Below, one piece after another: positions 30,865 through 39,671 of a DNA stretch of 64,000 nucleotides (positions within the stretch are counted from its first letter, which is position 1; every line of letters starts with the position of its first letter). The stretch covers positions 1,216,001-1,280,000 of the forward strand of contig OY970192.1 of the NCBI GenBank assembly GCA_963708135.1, written 5' to 3'. Below the pieces are notes generated by a model, which saw nothing but the letters and a program-made list of their open reading frames with translations, had not been told where the DNA came from and did not search any database. The DNA comes from an uncultured Gemmatimonadales bacterium (GTDB lineage Bacteria; Gemmatimonadota; Gemmatimonadetes; Longimicrobiales; RSA9). A program made the translations under genes and the position numbers.

Positions 30865-32352
30865 CTAGCGGGCGCGGGCGCGCAGGCCTATGCCGCCGCC
30901 CGCCGTGGCCGCGGCCAGGACGGTGTCCTCACTCTTCGGGGCGGCTCCCAGCGAGCCGTGGCGGTCCATCGCTCCCCAGCCCTTGCGGCCGCGGATCGCC
31001 GAGATCACGCCCTTGAAGCGCCAGAAGGCCAGCAGCTGCCGGTAGCCGAAGTTCTCGGCCACGGCCAGCCAGAGCAGCATGACGAAGTCGCGCATCCGCG
31101 TGTAGCGCCGGAAGACGAGCTCCTCGAGGCCCACGGCCGCCACCGACAGCGCGCTGCCGAACACGAGCGCGACGGCGATGAAGGCGATGATGAAGGGCAC
31201 CGAAAAGAGTCCCAGCGCGAGCGTCACGGCGAACGCGATGTAGCCGAGGAACTCGAGCGCCGGGCCGAGCCCTTCCAGGAACCAGAAGTAGGGGAAGGCG
31301 AGCATGCCGATGCGGCCGAACTTCGGGTTCAGCAGCATCTCGCCGTGATGGCCGAGCGCCTGGACCAAGCCGCGCTGCCAGCGGTCGCGCTGCCGCGCGA
31401 GCCCGCGCCACGTCTCCGGCGCCTCCGTCCAGGCGACGGGGTCCGGCACGAAGCTGATCCGGTACTCCCGCTTGGCCTCCCGAAAGTGGCGGTGCAGGCG
31501 GACGATCAGCTCCATGTCCTCGGCCACCGTGGCGGAGGAGTACCCGCCGGCGTCCACCACGGCCGAGCGGCGGAACAGGCCCAGCGCGCCGGAGATGATC
31601 AGCAGCACGTCCATCGCCGACCAGCCCATGCGGCCGGCCAGGAACGCGCGCAGGTACTCGACCACCTGGAAGCGCACCAGCATCCGCTTCGGCAGCCGCA
31701 CCCGCGAGATGGCGCCGTTCTCGACCACGCAGCCGTTCGCGATGCGAACGATCCCGCCCGCGGCGATGGTCGTGCCGTCCTCCATGAACGGCCGCACCAG
31801 CCGCATGAGCGCGCCCGGCTCCAGCACGCTGTCCGCGTCCATCGCGCAGAAGAGGGGTGTGTGGCAGAAGTTGAGGCCCGCGTTGAGCGCGTCCGCCTTG
31901 CCGCCGTTCTGCTTGTCGATCACCCACAGGTTGGGCAGCGTCTGGCTGCGGTAGATCTCGCGCACCCCCGCCGCCGGCAGGTCGGCCGTGTGCGCCCGGA
32001 TCGTCGGCGCCAGCCGGAACGCGGCCCGCAGCCGGCCCAGCGTCCCGTCCGTCGAGCCATCGTTGATCACGATGATCTCGTACTCCGGGTAGCGCATGTC
32101 GAGCACCGAGCGGACCGACTCGACGCAGTTCCCTTCCTCGTTGTAGGCCGGGATCAGGATGGTCACCGGCGGCGCGCCCGCGGTCCGCACCAGCTCGTCA
32201 ACATCCACCGAGTTCAGGCGGCGCGCATAGCGGCGCAGCGCCCGGAACGCGAAGATGCTCGTGCCCAGGTAGAACGTGTTGAGCACGACGAAGTAGCCCA
32301 GCAGGAGCAGGTTGAAGCCGATCAGGACCGCAATTCCGAATTGTACCCACAT
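30865..32352 (-). CDS. Processive GT2 glycosyltransferase (IcaA/PgaC-like synthase)
   Basis: PAYNEE, NDGSTD, GGKADALN, MDADS, AEDM, QRDRW; N- and C-terminal TM helices. Confidence 0.92.
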   Translation of the reverse strand: MWVQFGIAVLIGFNLLLLGYFVVLNTFYLGTSIFAFRALRRYARRLNSVDVDELVRTAGAPPVTILIPAYNEEGNCVESVRSVLDMRYPEYEIIVINDGSTDGTLGRLRAAFRLAPTIRAHTADLPAAGVREIYRSQTLPNLWVIDKQNGGKADALNAGLNFCHTPLFCAMDADSVLEPGALMRLVRPFMEDGTTIAAGGIVRIANGCVVENGAISRVRLPKRMLVRFQVVEYLRAFLAGRMGWSAMDVLLIISGALGLFRRSAVVDAGGYSSATVAEDMELIVRLHRHFREAKREYRISFVPDPVAWTEAPETWRGLARQRDRWQRGLVQALGHHGEMLLNPKFGRIGMLAFPYFWFLEGLGPALEFLGYIAFAVTLALGLFSVPFIIAFIAVALVFGSALSVAAVGLEELVFRRYTRMRDFVMLLWLAVAENFGYRQLLAFWRFKGVISAIRGRKGWGAMDRHGSLGAAPKSEDTVLAAATAGGGIGLRARAR

Positions 32353-32355
32353 AGG

Positions 32356-33420
32356 CTACTCCGCGAGGACCTGCAGGGCCACGTCCGAGGAGACCGTGCC
32401 CGCGTGAATGGCATTGCGCAGGTACTGCATCTCGCCGTGGGCGCGAAGCCCGCGGGCGGCGTGCAGCGCGACCCAGGGTGAGGGGTCGCGGAGCGCGAGC
32501 TTGAGCCGGGCCACGTCTTCCTCGCCCCCCAGCTGGCCGAGCGTGGCGATCGCCTGGGCGCGTACGGCGAAATCCGCCGAGCCGGCCAGCACCCGCACCG
32601 GCTCCAGGTAAGTCGCCCCCGCGCCGGAGCGGACCAGCCGGAGCGCCGCCGACAGCAGGTCGGCGTCCGTTTCCCTGCCCAGGATCTCCGCTGCGTCCGC
32701 CAGCGCCTCCCGGTCCCCCATCCGTGCCAGCGCATCGGCGCACACCGCCCGCGTCTGCGCCGCCAGCAGCGTGTCGCGCAGGGCCGCCCGGATCAATGAC
32801 GCCGCCCCCGGGCCCATCGAGACCAGCATCGAGATCAGGAACTTCGGGCTCCACTCCTCGAACCGGTCCAGCCGCGCCATCACCGCCGCCGCGTGCCCCG
32901 GCCGCCCGGACGCCGCCAGGTTCCGCGCCGCGATCATGGACACCAGCGGAGAGGGATCGTCCAGCGCCTCCACGATCGCCGCGCCGCTGCGCTCCATGTC
33001 GAGCAGCGCCACGGTCTGGACCGCGCGGGCCCGCCGCTCCGGGTCGCCGCCTTTCATGCGCCGCGTGATCGGCGCCAGGTAGGGCGCGGCCAGGCGCGGC
33101 AGCACCTGGCGCATCGCCAGGTCCGCGTTCAGCGCCGCCTTGTAGAGGAAGTCCACGAAGTACAGCTCCTCGCCCCTGCCGACCCGCCCGAGCAGCGTCT
33201 CCTCGGGCGTGAGCCCCGCGGCCACCTCGGGCAGGAGCACCTCCCACTTCTCCTCGAGCGTCTCCCATCGCCGCGCCGTGCGGATGTTGCGCAGCCGGAG
33301 CAGGATCGCCCACAGCGCGAACACGATCGTGAGCACGATCAGCCCGACCAGCACCACGACCAGCGCGAGCAGCTTCCAGTTGCCCGCCACCGTCTGCCAA
33401 ACCGTCGTCAGTCCATTCAC
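32356..33420 (-). CDS. Membrane-anchored HEAT-repeat protein
   Basis: GTG 33420 with GAGGAG RBS; one TM, then 'ALDDPSPLVSM.AA', 'DFAVRAQA', 'LRDPSPWVA..AA' repeats. Confidence 0.8.
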   Translation of the reverse strand: MNGLTTVWQTVAGNWKLLALVVVLVGLIVLTIVFALWAILLRLRNIRTARRWETLEEKWEVLLPEVAAGLTPEETLLGRVGRGEELYFVDFLYKAALNADLAMRQVLPRLAAPYLAPITRRMKGGDPERRARAVQTVALLDMERSGAAIVEALDDPSPLVSMIAARNLAASGRPGHAAAVMARLDRFEEWSPKFLISMLVSMGPGAASLIRAALRDTLLAAQTRAVCADALARMGDREALADAAEILGRETDADLLSAALRLVRSGAGATYLEPVRVLAGSADFAVRAQAIATLGQLGGEEDVARLKLALRDPSPWVALHAARGLRAHGEMQYLRNAIHAGTVSSDVALQVLAE

Positions 33421-33649
33421 GTGCGCGTGCTCCTCACGGGTGTTCGGCGCGGAACCGCGTTGCCTGGTCTCGCCGCAGGGCCGCACCGACGCGGTGCATT
33501 CTGGCTGTTCCGGGGGAAGACCTGTTCTCGCGTTCGGCGCGGTCAAGGGCAAGCGGCAGGCCAAAACCCGCACTCCGCCCCCCGGCGGGCGCAAACCCGG
33601 CGTTCGCGGCCGTTTCCGGGCGGGGTGGAGCCGGCCCGGTGAGGCCTGC

Positions 33650-33686
33650 GCTGTAACGACGCGTTACAGCCGGCGTGTAACGAAAC
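33650..33686. promoter_or_regulatory. Putative operator cluster (copy 2): GCTGTAACG-acg-CGTTACAGC plus TGTAACGAAAC
   Basis: Three TGTAACG half-sites in alternating orientation in a divergent intergenic region. Confidence 0.55.
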
Positions 33687-33859
33687 CCGCGCCCGACGCC
33701 GGGCGGCGGAGGGCGTCGGAGCCCGTAAGTGCTAGATTGTATCGGACATTGCACTTATTTCCCCTCGTGGCACGCTTCCTTCACCATGGCCCCCCGCTCG
33801 TCCCGCCGCTGCCGTTGCGGCGACCGACTGCGTGATGAGGCGAAAGGTTGGCGTGACGT

Positions 33860-34759
33860 ATGGGGACCAGGCGCACGGAGCAGGGATTGGTCTCGGAGGC
33901 CGGGCTCGCCGCCGCGCAGGCCCGCTGGACGCTCCAGCCGGTTCGCGGCTGCGGCCCCGCCGTCGTGATCCGCTCCGCGCACGCGCCGCTGCCCGCCCCC
34001 GTGTACCGCTGGCTGCGCACCCGCGGCGCCGTGGCGTACCGCTCCGCGGGCGCCGTGGGGGCCGAGGCGCTGGATGCCCTTGGGACGGGCGGCTTCGTGC
34101 TGTTCCACGCCGATCCCTACGACCTGCCCGACGTGCTCGATGACGTGGCGGCGCTGCGCCGGGCCGGACACGTGGGCGCGATCGTGGCGCTCGTGGAAGT
34201 CGGCGGCGTGCGGACCACCACCTCGATCGAGCTGATCCGCGCCGGCGTGGACGAGGTGCTGCTCACGGACATGGCGGTGGCCGAGATCGCCTCGCGCATC
34301 GAGCTCGCCAGCCAGTACGCGGTCCTTCGGCCCGGGCGGCCGAGCACCCGGCCCGCCCTGTTCTGGACCCAGCCGCGGGACCCGCGTGGCGAGCTCCGGC
34401 TGCTCACGGCGGCCGAGATGCGCGAGATCCTGCTCGCCCGGCTGCGCCGGCCCGCCTACTCCGATTTCGTCTTCGTGGTGCTGCGGCTCGGCGATGCGTA
34501 CCTGGACGGGAGCTGGAGAGCGCTGCGCGGCCGCATGCGGATCGGCGAGGGCGACCTGGTGGCGCGCCTCGAGGACCGCGTGCTCGGGCTGCTCTTCGAG
34601 TCCGTGCCCGAGGCCAGCGGCGGAGAGGTGCTGGCGCGCGTGCTCGGGCTGCACCCGGCGGGAGAGGCGGCGGACCGGGTGACGATCTTCCGCTCGCCGG
34701 AGGATCGGCTGGTCCTGCTGGAGTGGATCCTGAGCGCGGGCCCCGCCGAGCCCGGCTGA
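33860..34759 (+). CDS. Hypothetical: pseudo-receiver plus degenerate GGDEF-like domain (paralog of 21880..22809)
   Basis: Same conserved blocks as the paralog; 'RMRIGEGDLVARLEDRVLGLLF' aligns by eye to the GGDEF core but lacks GGDEF. Confidence 0.65.
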   Translation: MGTRRTEQGLVSEAGLAAAQARWTLQPVRGCGPAVVIRSAHAPLPAPVYRWLRTRGAVAYRSAGAVGAEALDALGTGGFVLFHADPYDLPDVLDDVAALRRAGHVGAIVALVEVGGVRTTTSIELIRAGVDEVLLTDMAVAEIASRIELASQYAVLRPGRPSTRPALFWTQPRDPRGELRLLTAAEMREILLARLRRPAYSDFVFVVLRLGDAYLDGSWRALRGRMRIGEGDLVARLEDRVLGLLFESVPEASGGEVLARVLGLHPAGEAADRVTIFRSPEDRLVLLEWILSAGPAEPG

Positions 34760-34773
34760 GAGCGATCCCGATC

Positions 34774-35757
34774 ATGCCGCCGCTCAGCCCCGACGTGGGG
34801 CCCGACCCGATCGACCGGGATGACGCGCAGTCCGCGCGCGAGGGACTGTACTGGATCCTGTTCCAGGCGGCGCCGTCGGGGGTGTTCCGGGCGTCGGAGT
34901 CCGGACGGATCCTCGAGGCGAACGCGGAGCTGAGGGCGCTGCTCGGCTCCGACCCGCGCTCCGACCTCGAGCTGACGCTGGCCGGGCTGTGCGTGAAGGC
35001 GGACGACTGGGAGGCCATGCGGACCCAGCTCGAGCAGACCGGCGCGGTGCGCGCGTACCGCTTCGAGGCCTGTCGCCTGGACGGCTCGCCGTTCTGGGCC
35101 GAGCTCTCGCTGACCGCCGTTTCGCTCGGCGGCGAGCCCGTGCTGATCGGCAGCCTGACCGACGTCTCCGGCTGGAAGGCCCGCGAGGAGGAGCTGCTCC
35201 GGACCGCGCTGCGCGACCCGCTCACGGGCCTCGCCAACCGGCTGCTCTTCAACGACCGGGTCGAGCACGGGCTGCGCCGCGTGCGCCGGGAGCCGAGTGC
35301 GGTGTTCGGGGTGCTGTTCCTCGACATCGACGACTTCAAGCGCGTGAACGATAGCTTCGGCCACCGCGTGGGCGACGAGCTGCTCATCGCCTTCGGGCGC
35401 CGGATCCAGGCATCCGTCCGGCCGCAGGACACCGTCTCCCGCCTCGGCGGCGACGAGTTCGCGATCCTGCTGGCCGACATCTCGACCGCCGACGACGCCA
35501 GCGTCGTGGCCGAGCGCATCCGGGCCGCCCTCGCCCAGCCGTTCGTGGTCGGAGGCAACCGCATGCACCTGAGCGCCAGTATCGGGATCACCCTGTGCAA
35601 CGCCGGCGGCGCCGGCGCGGCCGACCTGCTGGAGGTCGCCGACCGCGCCATGTACGCGGTGAAGAGCGCCGGCGGCAATGCATACAGGGTGCTGTTCGCG
35701 GAGGACCGTCCGCCGGGCGGAGCCGGAGGAGGGGGAGTATCCGCACACGAAGAATGA
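34774..35757 (+). CDS. PAS-GGDEF diguanylate cyclase
   Basis: PAS/PAC ('DGSPFWAELS'), DPLTGLANR, RPQD I-site, RLGGDEF. Confidence 0.92.
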   Translation: MPPLSPDVGPDPIDRDDAQSAREGLYWILFQAAPSGVFRASESGRILEANAELRALLGSDPRSDLELTLAGLCVKADDWEAMRTQLEQTGAVRAYRFEACRLDGSPFWAELSLTAVSLGGEPVLIGSLTDVSGWKAREEELLRTALRDPLTGLANRLLFNDRVEHGLRRVRREPSAVFGVLFLDIDDFKRVNDSFGHRVGDELLIAFGRRIQASVRPQDTVSRLGGDEFAILLADISTADDASVVAERIRAALAQPFVVGGNRMHLSASIGITLCNAGGAGAADLLEVADRAMYAVKSAGGNAYRVLFAEDRPPGGAGGGGVSAHEE

Positions 35758-35764
35758 GGCCGCC

Positions 35765-37423
35765 ATGGACATCCGCACTCAGCCGCCGTCGGGATCGAGT
35801 GACCTGACGCGGCGAGCTCTCGCCGCCACGGTCGCCACGCTGCACCGCTCAGCCGCCCGCATGGATGCGCTGGCCGGTCGGCTCCACCGAACGAGCGTCC
35901 ACCTGACCGTGCCCCGGCACCGGATCGGGCGGACGCTTCGCCACGCCTGGTGGCGCTATGCGCGTGTGCCGGATGCGCTGCTGCTGCCCACCCTCTACCG
36001 CCTCGCCCGGGCCCTCGAGCGCGGCGGCGGACCCGCGCCCGCGCGCTCCGGACGACGCCCCCACGCCACCACCACCACGCCGGAGGCGCACCCCGGCGGC
36101 CACCTCGTGCTCTGGCTGTTCCTCACCGGCGCGCTGGCCGTCGTCGGCGTGGTGGACGTCCGGCTCCTGGCCAGCGTGCTCCCGGGCTTCGCCCGCGAGG
36201 CGCTCCCCAGCTCGATGGGGACCTGGGCGGCACGACCCGAGCTGCCCGCCGTCGCGCTCGTCCTGCCCGCCCTGGCGGGTGTGCTCGGAATCCTCACGGC
36301 CGCGCTCGACCGCTACAACGACGACTCGCTCGCCGTCGGCCTCGTGCGCCTCGTGCCGCTGCTGCTGCTCGTCGCACTCATGGCGGTCCACGGCGGCGCG
36401 GTCGCGCTCTGGATCGGCGACCACGCCCTGCTCGATGCGCTGCACCTCCCCCCCACAGGACCGCTCCGGCCCACGGTCGAGTACGCGGCACCCGCGCTGG
36501 CGGCGATGGTGCCGATGCTCGTCATGGGCTTCGCCTACGGCGCGCTGCGGGCGTTCCTGGCCTTCGTCTCCGATGCCCCGTCGGCCGTCCGCGCGCCGCG
36601 GCTCGACGGCCTGGATCCCGCCGAGACCGAGTTGCTCGACGCGCTGCGCGCGACGCTTGCCGCCCGCGGCTACACCTCCGTCCATCGCTGGGGGGAGGCC
36701 GATCCGCACCGCGGCGGCGCCTGGTCCACGCCGGCCGCCGAGCCGCCGGAGGACCGGCCCGCGTGGCCCGTCCAGGCGTGGGTCCACGCCGTTCCGCAGC
36801 TCGCGATCCAGCTGCTGCTCGCCGCCCTCGGAGCGGGCGCCGTCTTCATCGTCGCCGCCACGCTGTCGGGCTCTTTCGCGAGCCGCGTCGCCGCCGGCGG
36901 CCTGGCGCGGCTCGTTCCCTGGGCCGTCGCGCTGGCGACGTACCTCGCCACGTTCGTCGCCGGCGATGCCCGCTGGTCATCCCAGAGCGCCGTCGTCGCC
37001 GCGCTCGGGCTGCGGGAGGGCCGCGGCCGGGGCGTGGTCGGCGGGGTGGCGCTGCTGCTGGCCACCGTCGGCTGGGCCGTCTTCGCCTGGGCGACCCTCA
37101 CGGTCCGGCCGCTGGGGCCCTCGATCCCCGTGGCCATCGCCGTCGCCGTGCTGGTGATCCTGACCGGCGTGCTCTCCGCGCTCCGGCTCGATCGGGCGCT
37201 CGCCTCGGTGCTGTGGCTCGCGGCATCGCTCCCCATCGCGCTCCTCTGGGCGGCTGCGGCCGCTCCGGCCGTGGTCGTGGCCGCCGGCGCCGGCCTGGTC
37301 CTGGTCGTGCGCTCCATCGTGACGGTCATCGGCTGGCCCGTGCGCCTGCTCGCCGGCCTGCTCGGCGTTCCCCTCGACGCCGCCGCAACTCAGGCCCTGG
37401 AGGTCCCGCCGGCCGGCCCCTGA
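35765..37423 (+). CDS. Hypothetical polytopic membrane protein
   Basis: GAGG RBS; two hydrophobic clusters separated by a polar loop; no recognised motif. Confidence 0.55.
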   Translation: MDIRTQPPSGSSDLTRRALAATVATLHRSAARMDALAGRLHRTSVHLTVPRHRIGRTLRHAWWRYARVPDALLLPTLYRLARALERGGGPAPARSGRRPHATTTTPEAHPGGHLVLWLFLTGALAVVGVVDVRLLASVLPGFAREALPSSMGTWAARPELPAVALVLPALAGVLGILTAALDRYNDDSLAVGLVRLVPLLLLVALMAVHGGAVALWIGDHALLDALHLPPTGPLRPTVEYAAPALAAMVPMLVMGFAYGALRAFLAFVSDAPSAVRAPRLDGLDPAETELLDALRATLAARGYTSVHRWGEADPHRGGAWSTPAAEPPEDRPAWPVQAWVHAVPQLAIQLLLAALGAGAVFIVAATLSGSFASRVAAGGLARLVPWAVALATYLATFVAGDARWSSQSAVVAALGLREGRGRGVVGGVALLLATVGWAVFAWATLTVRPLGPSIPVAIAVAVLVILTGVLSALRLDRALASVLWLAASLPIALLWAAAAAPAVVVAAGAGLVLVVRSIVTVIGWPVRLLAGLLGVPLDAAATQALEVPPAGP

Positions 37424-37554
37424 GCCGTCGGCGCCGCACCACCCCGTCTCCGCCGCCCCCGCCTCTTGCGCGCGGGGGCGGGCCGCGCCACACTGTTCCC
37501 TCATACAAACAATCCGTCCGGCACGATGGCGTGCCCACAGCCGGAGCATACGCG

Positions 37555-38316
37555 ATGCGCGACTGGCGCCAGCAGGTGGCCTCGGCCCCACGAGGGACCG
37601 GTGCAGGCGAGTCTCGCGGCGGAGCCACGCGGCCCGAGTCCGGCCGCCCGCGCGCTGCCGCGCTCTGGGACAGCGTCACGTCGCTCGAAGCGAGCGGTGC
37701 CTCCGAGCGCGGCCGCAACCGCGCCCGGCGCCTCGCGGAGGCCGGCGACCTGCTGGCCCGCGCCGGCCTGCCGGGTGCCGCGGCGGTGCGCTACGGTGTG
37801 GCGATCGACTGCTACCTCGAGGCGGGCTACTTCAGCTTCGCGCAGCGGCTCTGCATGCGGTTGCTCGAGGCGGCGCCCAGGGTGGTTCGGGCTCGCGCCA
37901 CCCTGATCCTCATCATGATCGGCCGGGGCTCGCGCACGGAGGCGGAGGCGCTCCTCCGTGAATACGCCGACGCCAGCCGCGAGGCGGGCGACGTCGCGTT
38001 CGCGCTGCGCCGTCTCTGCCTGATCGCCCAGGTGGTCGCCGACCCCGCCCTGCGCGACGCCATCCTCGGCCATCTCGACCGGCTGCGCGAGAATGCCCGG
38101 ATCGAGCCCAACCCCTGCCTGCGCTGCGGCGCCCTGTGCCAGCGCGCCGAGACGCGCTCTGCGGCGCCGGGCGTCTACTGGGAGCGCCTCGTCAACATCG
38201 GCGTGCGCGGGCCCCGCGAGCTCGCCGCCGCCACGCCGAACTGGGACGCCGCGGCGCGTCTGAGCCCCGGCAGCCTCGCCGCCTGGGCGGCCCTCGGCCC
38301 CGCCTCCCACGCCTGA
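37555..38316 (+). CDS. Hypothetical TPR-like protein
   Basis: GGAG RBS; helical 'AGD.....G....A...YG.AID.YLE.G....A..LC' segment; followed by a hairpin. Confidence 0.55.
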   Translation: MRDWRQQVASAPRGTGAGESRGGATRPESGRPRAAALWDSVTSLEASGASERGRNRARRLAEAGDLLARAGLPGAAAVRYGVAIDCYLEAGYFSFAQRLCMRLLEAAPRVVRARATLILIMIGRGSRTEAEALLREYADASREAGDVAFALRRLCLIAQVVADPALRDAILGHLDRLRENARIEPNPCLRCGALCQRAETRSAAPGVYWERLVNIGVRGPRELAAATPNWDAAARLSPGSLAAWAALGPASHA

Positions 38317-38359
38317 AGCCGCGTCGGCCTCCGCCCCTGCGGCGGCACCGTCAGACGAG

Positions 38360-38397
38360 ACGAAGCCCTCCGCGCTCACGAGCGCGGAGGGCTTCGT
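38360..38397. terminator. Long stem-loop between convergent genes
   Basis: ACGAAGCCCTCCGCGCTC / GAGCGCGGAGGGCTTCGT perfect 18 bp inverted repeat. Confidence 0.7.
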
Positions 38398-38460
38398 TCC
38401 GTCCGGCAGGGCCGGGTGCGGCACCCGCCGGACCGGCCGGCGGGCGTCGGAGAGGGGAGC

Positions 38461-38553
38461 CTACTTCAGAACCTCGAAGATGGCTACGAGAACGATGAAC
38501 GTCGCCACGGACCACGTCACGACACGGACCCAGTTCGTCTTCTTCTCGCTCAT
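38461..38553 (-). CDS. Small single-TM protein (30 aa)
   Basis: MSEKKTNWVRVVTWSVATFIVLVAIFEVLK; GAAGGGG RBS; host-like codons; upstream sigma70-like promoter. Confidence 0.55.
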   Translation of the reverse strand: MSEKKTNWVRVVTWSVATFIVLVAIFEVLK

Positions 38554-38679
38554 ACCGTCCCCTTCGCTCGGGTGACGAGAATGCGAGGGCTTCGTTGCCC
38601 TCGCGGCTGGTACCACCGGCCGACGGTGATTTCGAATTTTTTTCTGAAGAGTGCGGCGGCGTGGGCGCCCCGCCACACC

Positions 38680-38708
38680 ATTATGCGATGCGACGGCGCG
38701 AGGTGCAA
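38680..38708 (-). promoter_or_regulatory. Sigma70-like promoter TTGCAC-N17-CATAAT
   Basis: Minus strand: -35 at 38708-38703, -10 at 38685-38680, exact 17 bp spacer. Confidence 0.5.
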
Positions 38709-38825
38709 CATTGGCGATTGTTCCTTTTTGAGAGTGCGGCATCGGGGGCCGGCCGGTGGAGGCGCCGCGCCGCGCCTCCACCGACGGGGGGGGACCGGAC
38801 GTGGCGTCCGGCCCCCGTGGAGCGG

Positions 38826-39671
38826 TCAGTGCCCCGGTACGATCCGGATCGGCTCGAGGTTCAGGCAGAACGGCGTGCCATCATACGTGCCGGTCAGGGA
38901 CAGCCCCGTCGTCGCCGCCGTCAGGTCGTTGTCGGTGAGCATCGCGGGCTGGCTGAACTTGACCGCGAGATCGAGGATCCCGTCCACGCCCGACCCGTTG
39001 TCCACATCCTCGTAGCTGAAGAACAGCGTGCCGTTGTTCTTCGTGTCCACCGCCGTGCCCGCGCCGCCGTCGTTCCCCACCAGCCGGAGCGACGCGACAT
39101 CGACCTTGGTGACATCGAAGTACAGGGAGCCGAAGATCGCGACCGGGATCTCGGCGCTGGTCGGGTCCGTCAGGCCCATCGGATCGATGTCGCTGCCGTT
39201 GCCCGGCTTCACGTCCCACGCCACGTCCACGCAGCTCTGGATCGTGAGGAGCGGCACGCACGCGGACCACGCGCTGTTGTTGAGGTCGTTGTTGTCCGGG
39301 CCCGTCGGCGCGTTCGCCCTGACCTTCACGCAGTAGCCCGTCAGGTCGGAGATCCCCGAAATGTCGCGCGTGAGGCTCAGCGCCGCCGTGTTCGGCCCCG
39401 CGGCGATCGCCGTATGCCCCGACGGCACCTCGAACACCACGTTGTAGTCGACGGCGCCCAATACCGCGTCCCACGTCACCGTGAGCTCGCTGCCGGAGAC
39501 GCCCACCTGGATGTTGCCGGGAGGCGTCAGGTCGGTCGGTCCGCTCTGGACGTGGACGCCCTTGCTGAGCTCCGGCCTCAGGGCCGGACCCGTTGCGGGT
39601 GCGGGATCGCAGCCCGCGAGGATGGCTGCCGCGCCCACGGCGCACAGCGCACCTCGGAGTACGTGCTTCAT
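38826..39671 (-). CDS. Lipoprotein with FN3-like and Asp-rich beta domains
   Basis: Lipobox ILAGC; 'LTVTWDAV.GAVDYNV' FN3-like; 'DVKPG...IPVAIFGS..FD...VD...DVD...DG.LDL..KF'. Confidence 0.7.
   Translation of the reverse strand: MKHVLRGALCAVGAAAILAGCDPAPATGPALRPELSKGVHVQSGPTDLTPPGNIQVGVSGSELTVTWDAVLGAVDYNVVFEVPSGHTAIAAGPNTAALSLTRDISGISDLTGYCVKVRANAPTGPDNNDLNNSAWSACVPLLTIQSCVDVAWDVKPGNGSDIDPMGLTDPTSAEIPVAIFGSLYFDVTKVDVASLRLVGNDGGAGTAVDTKNNGTLFFSYEDVDNGSGVDGILDLAVKFSQPAMLTDNDLTAATTGLSLTGTYDGTPFCLNLEPIRIVPGH

Noticed and set aside
30865..32352. Naming this gene pgaC/icaA or bcsA
   Set aside because: No deacetylase, PgaD or PilZ partner in the operon; product specificity cannot be read from the motifs.
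28540..32481. 1313-aa plus-strand ORF and many other long antisense or alternate-frame ORFs (e.g. 6812..9514, 52489..55404, 61495..63510)
   Set aside because: Shadows of real genes in very GC-rich DNA; Arg/Ala/Gly-rich or antisense-like composition with no motifs.
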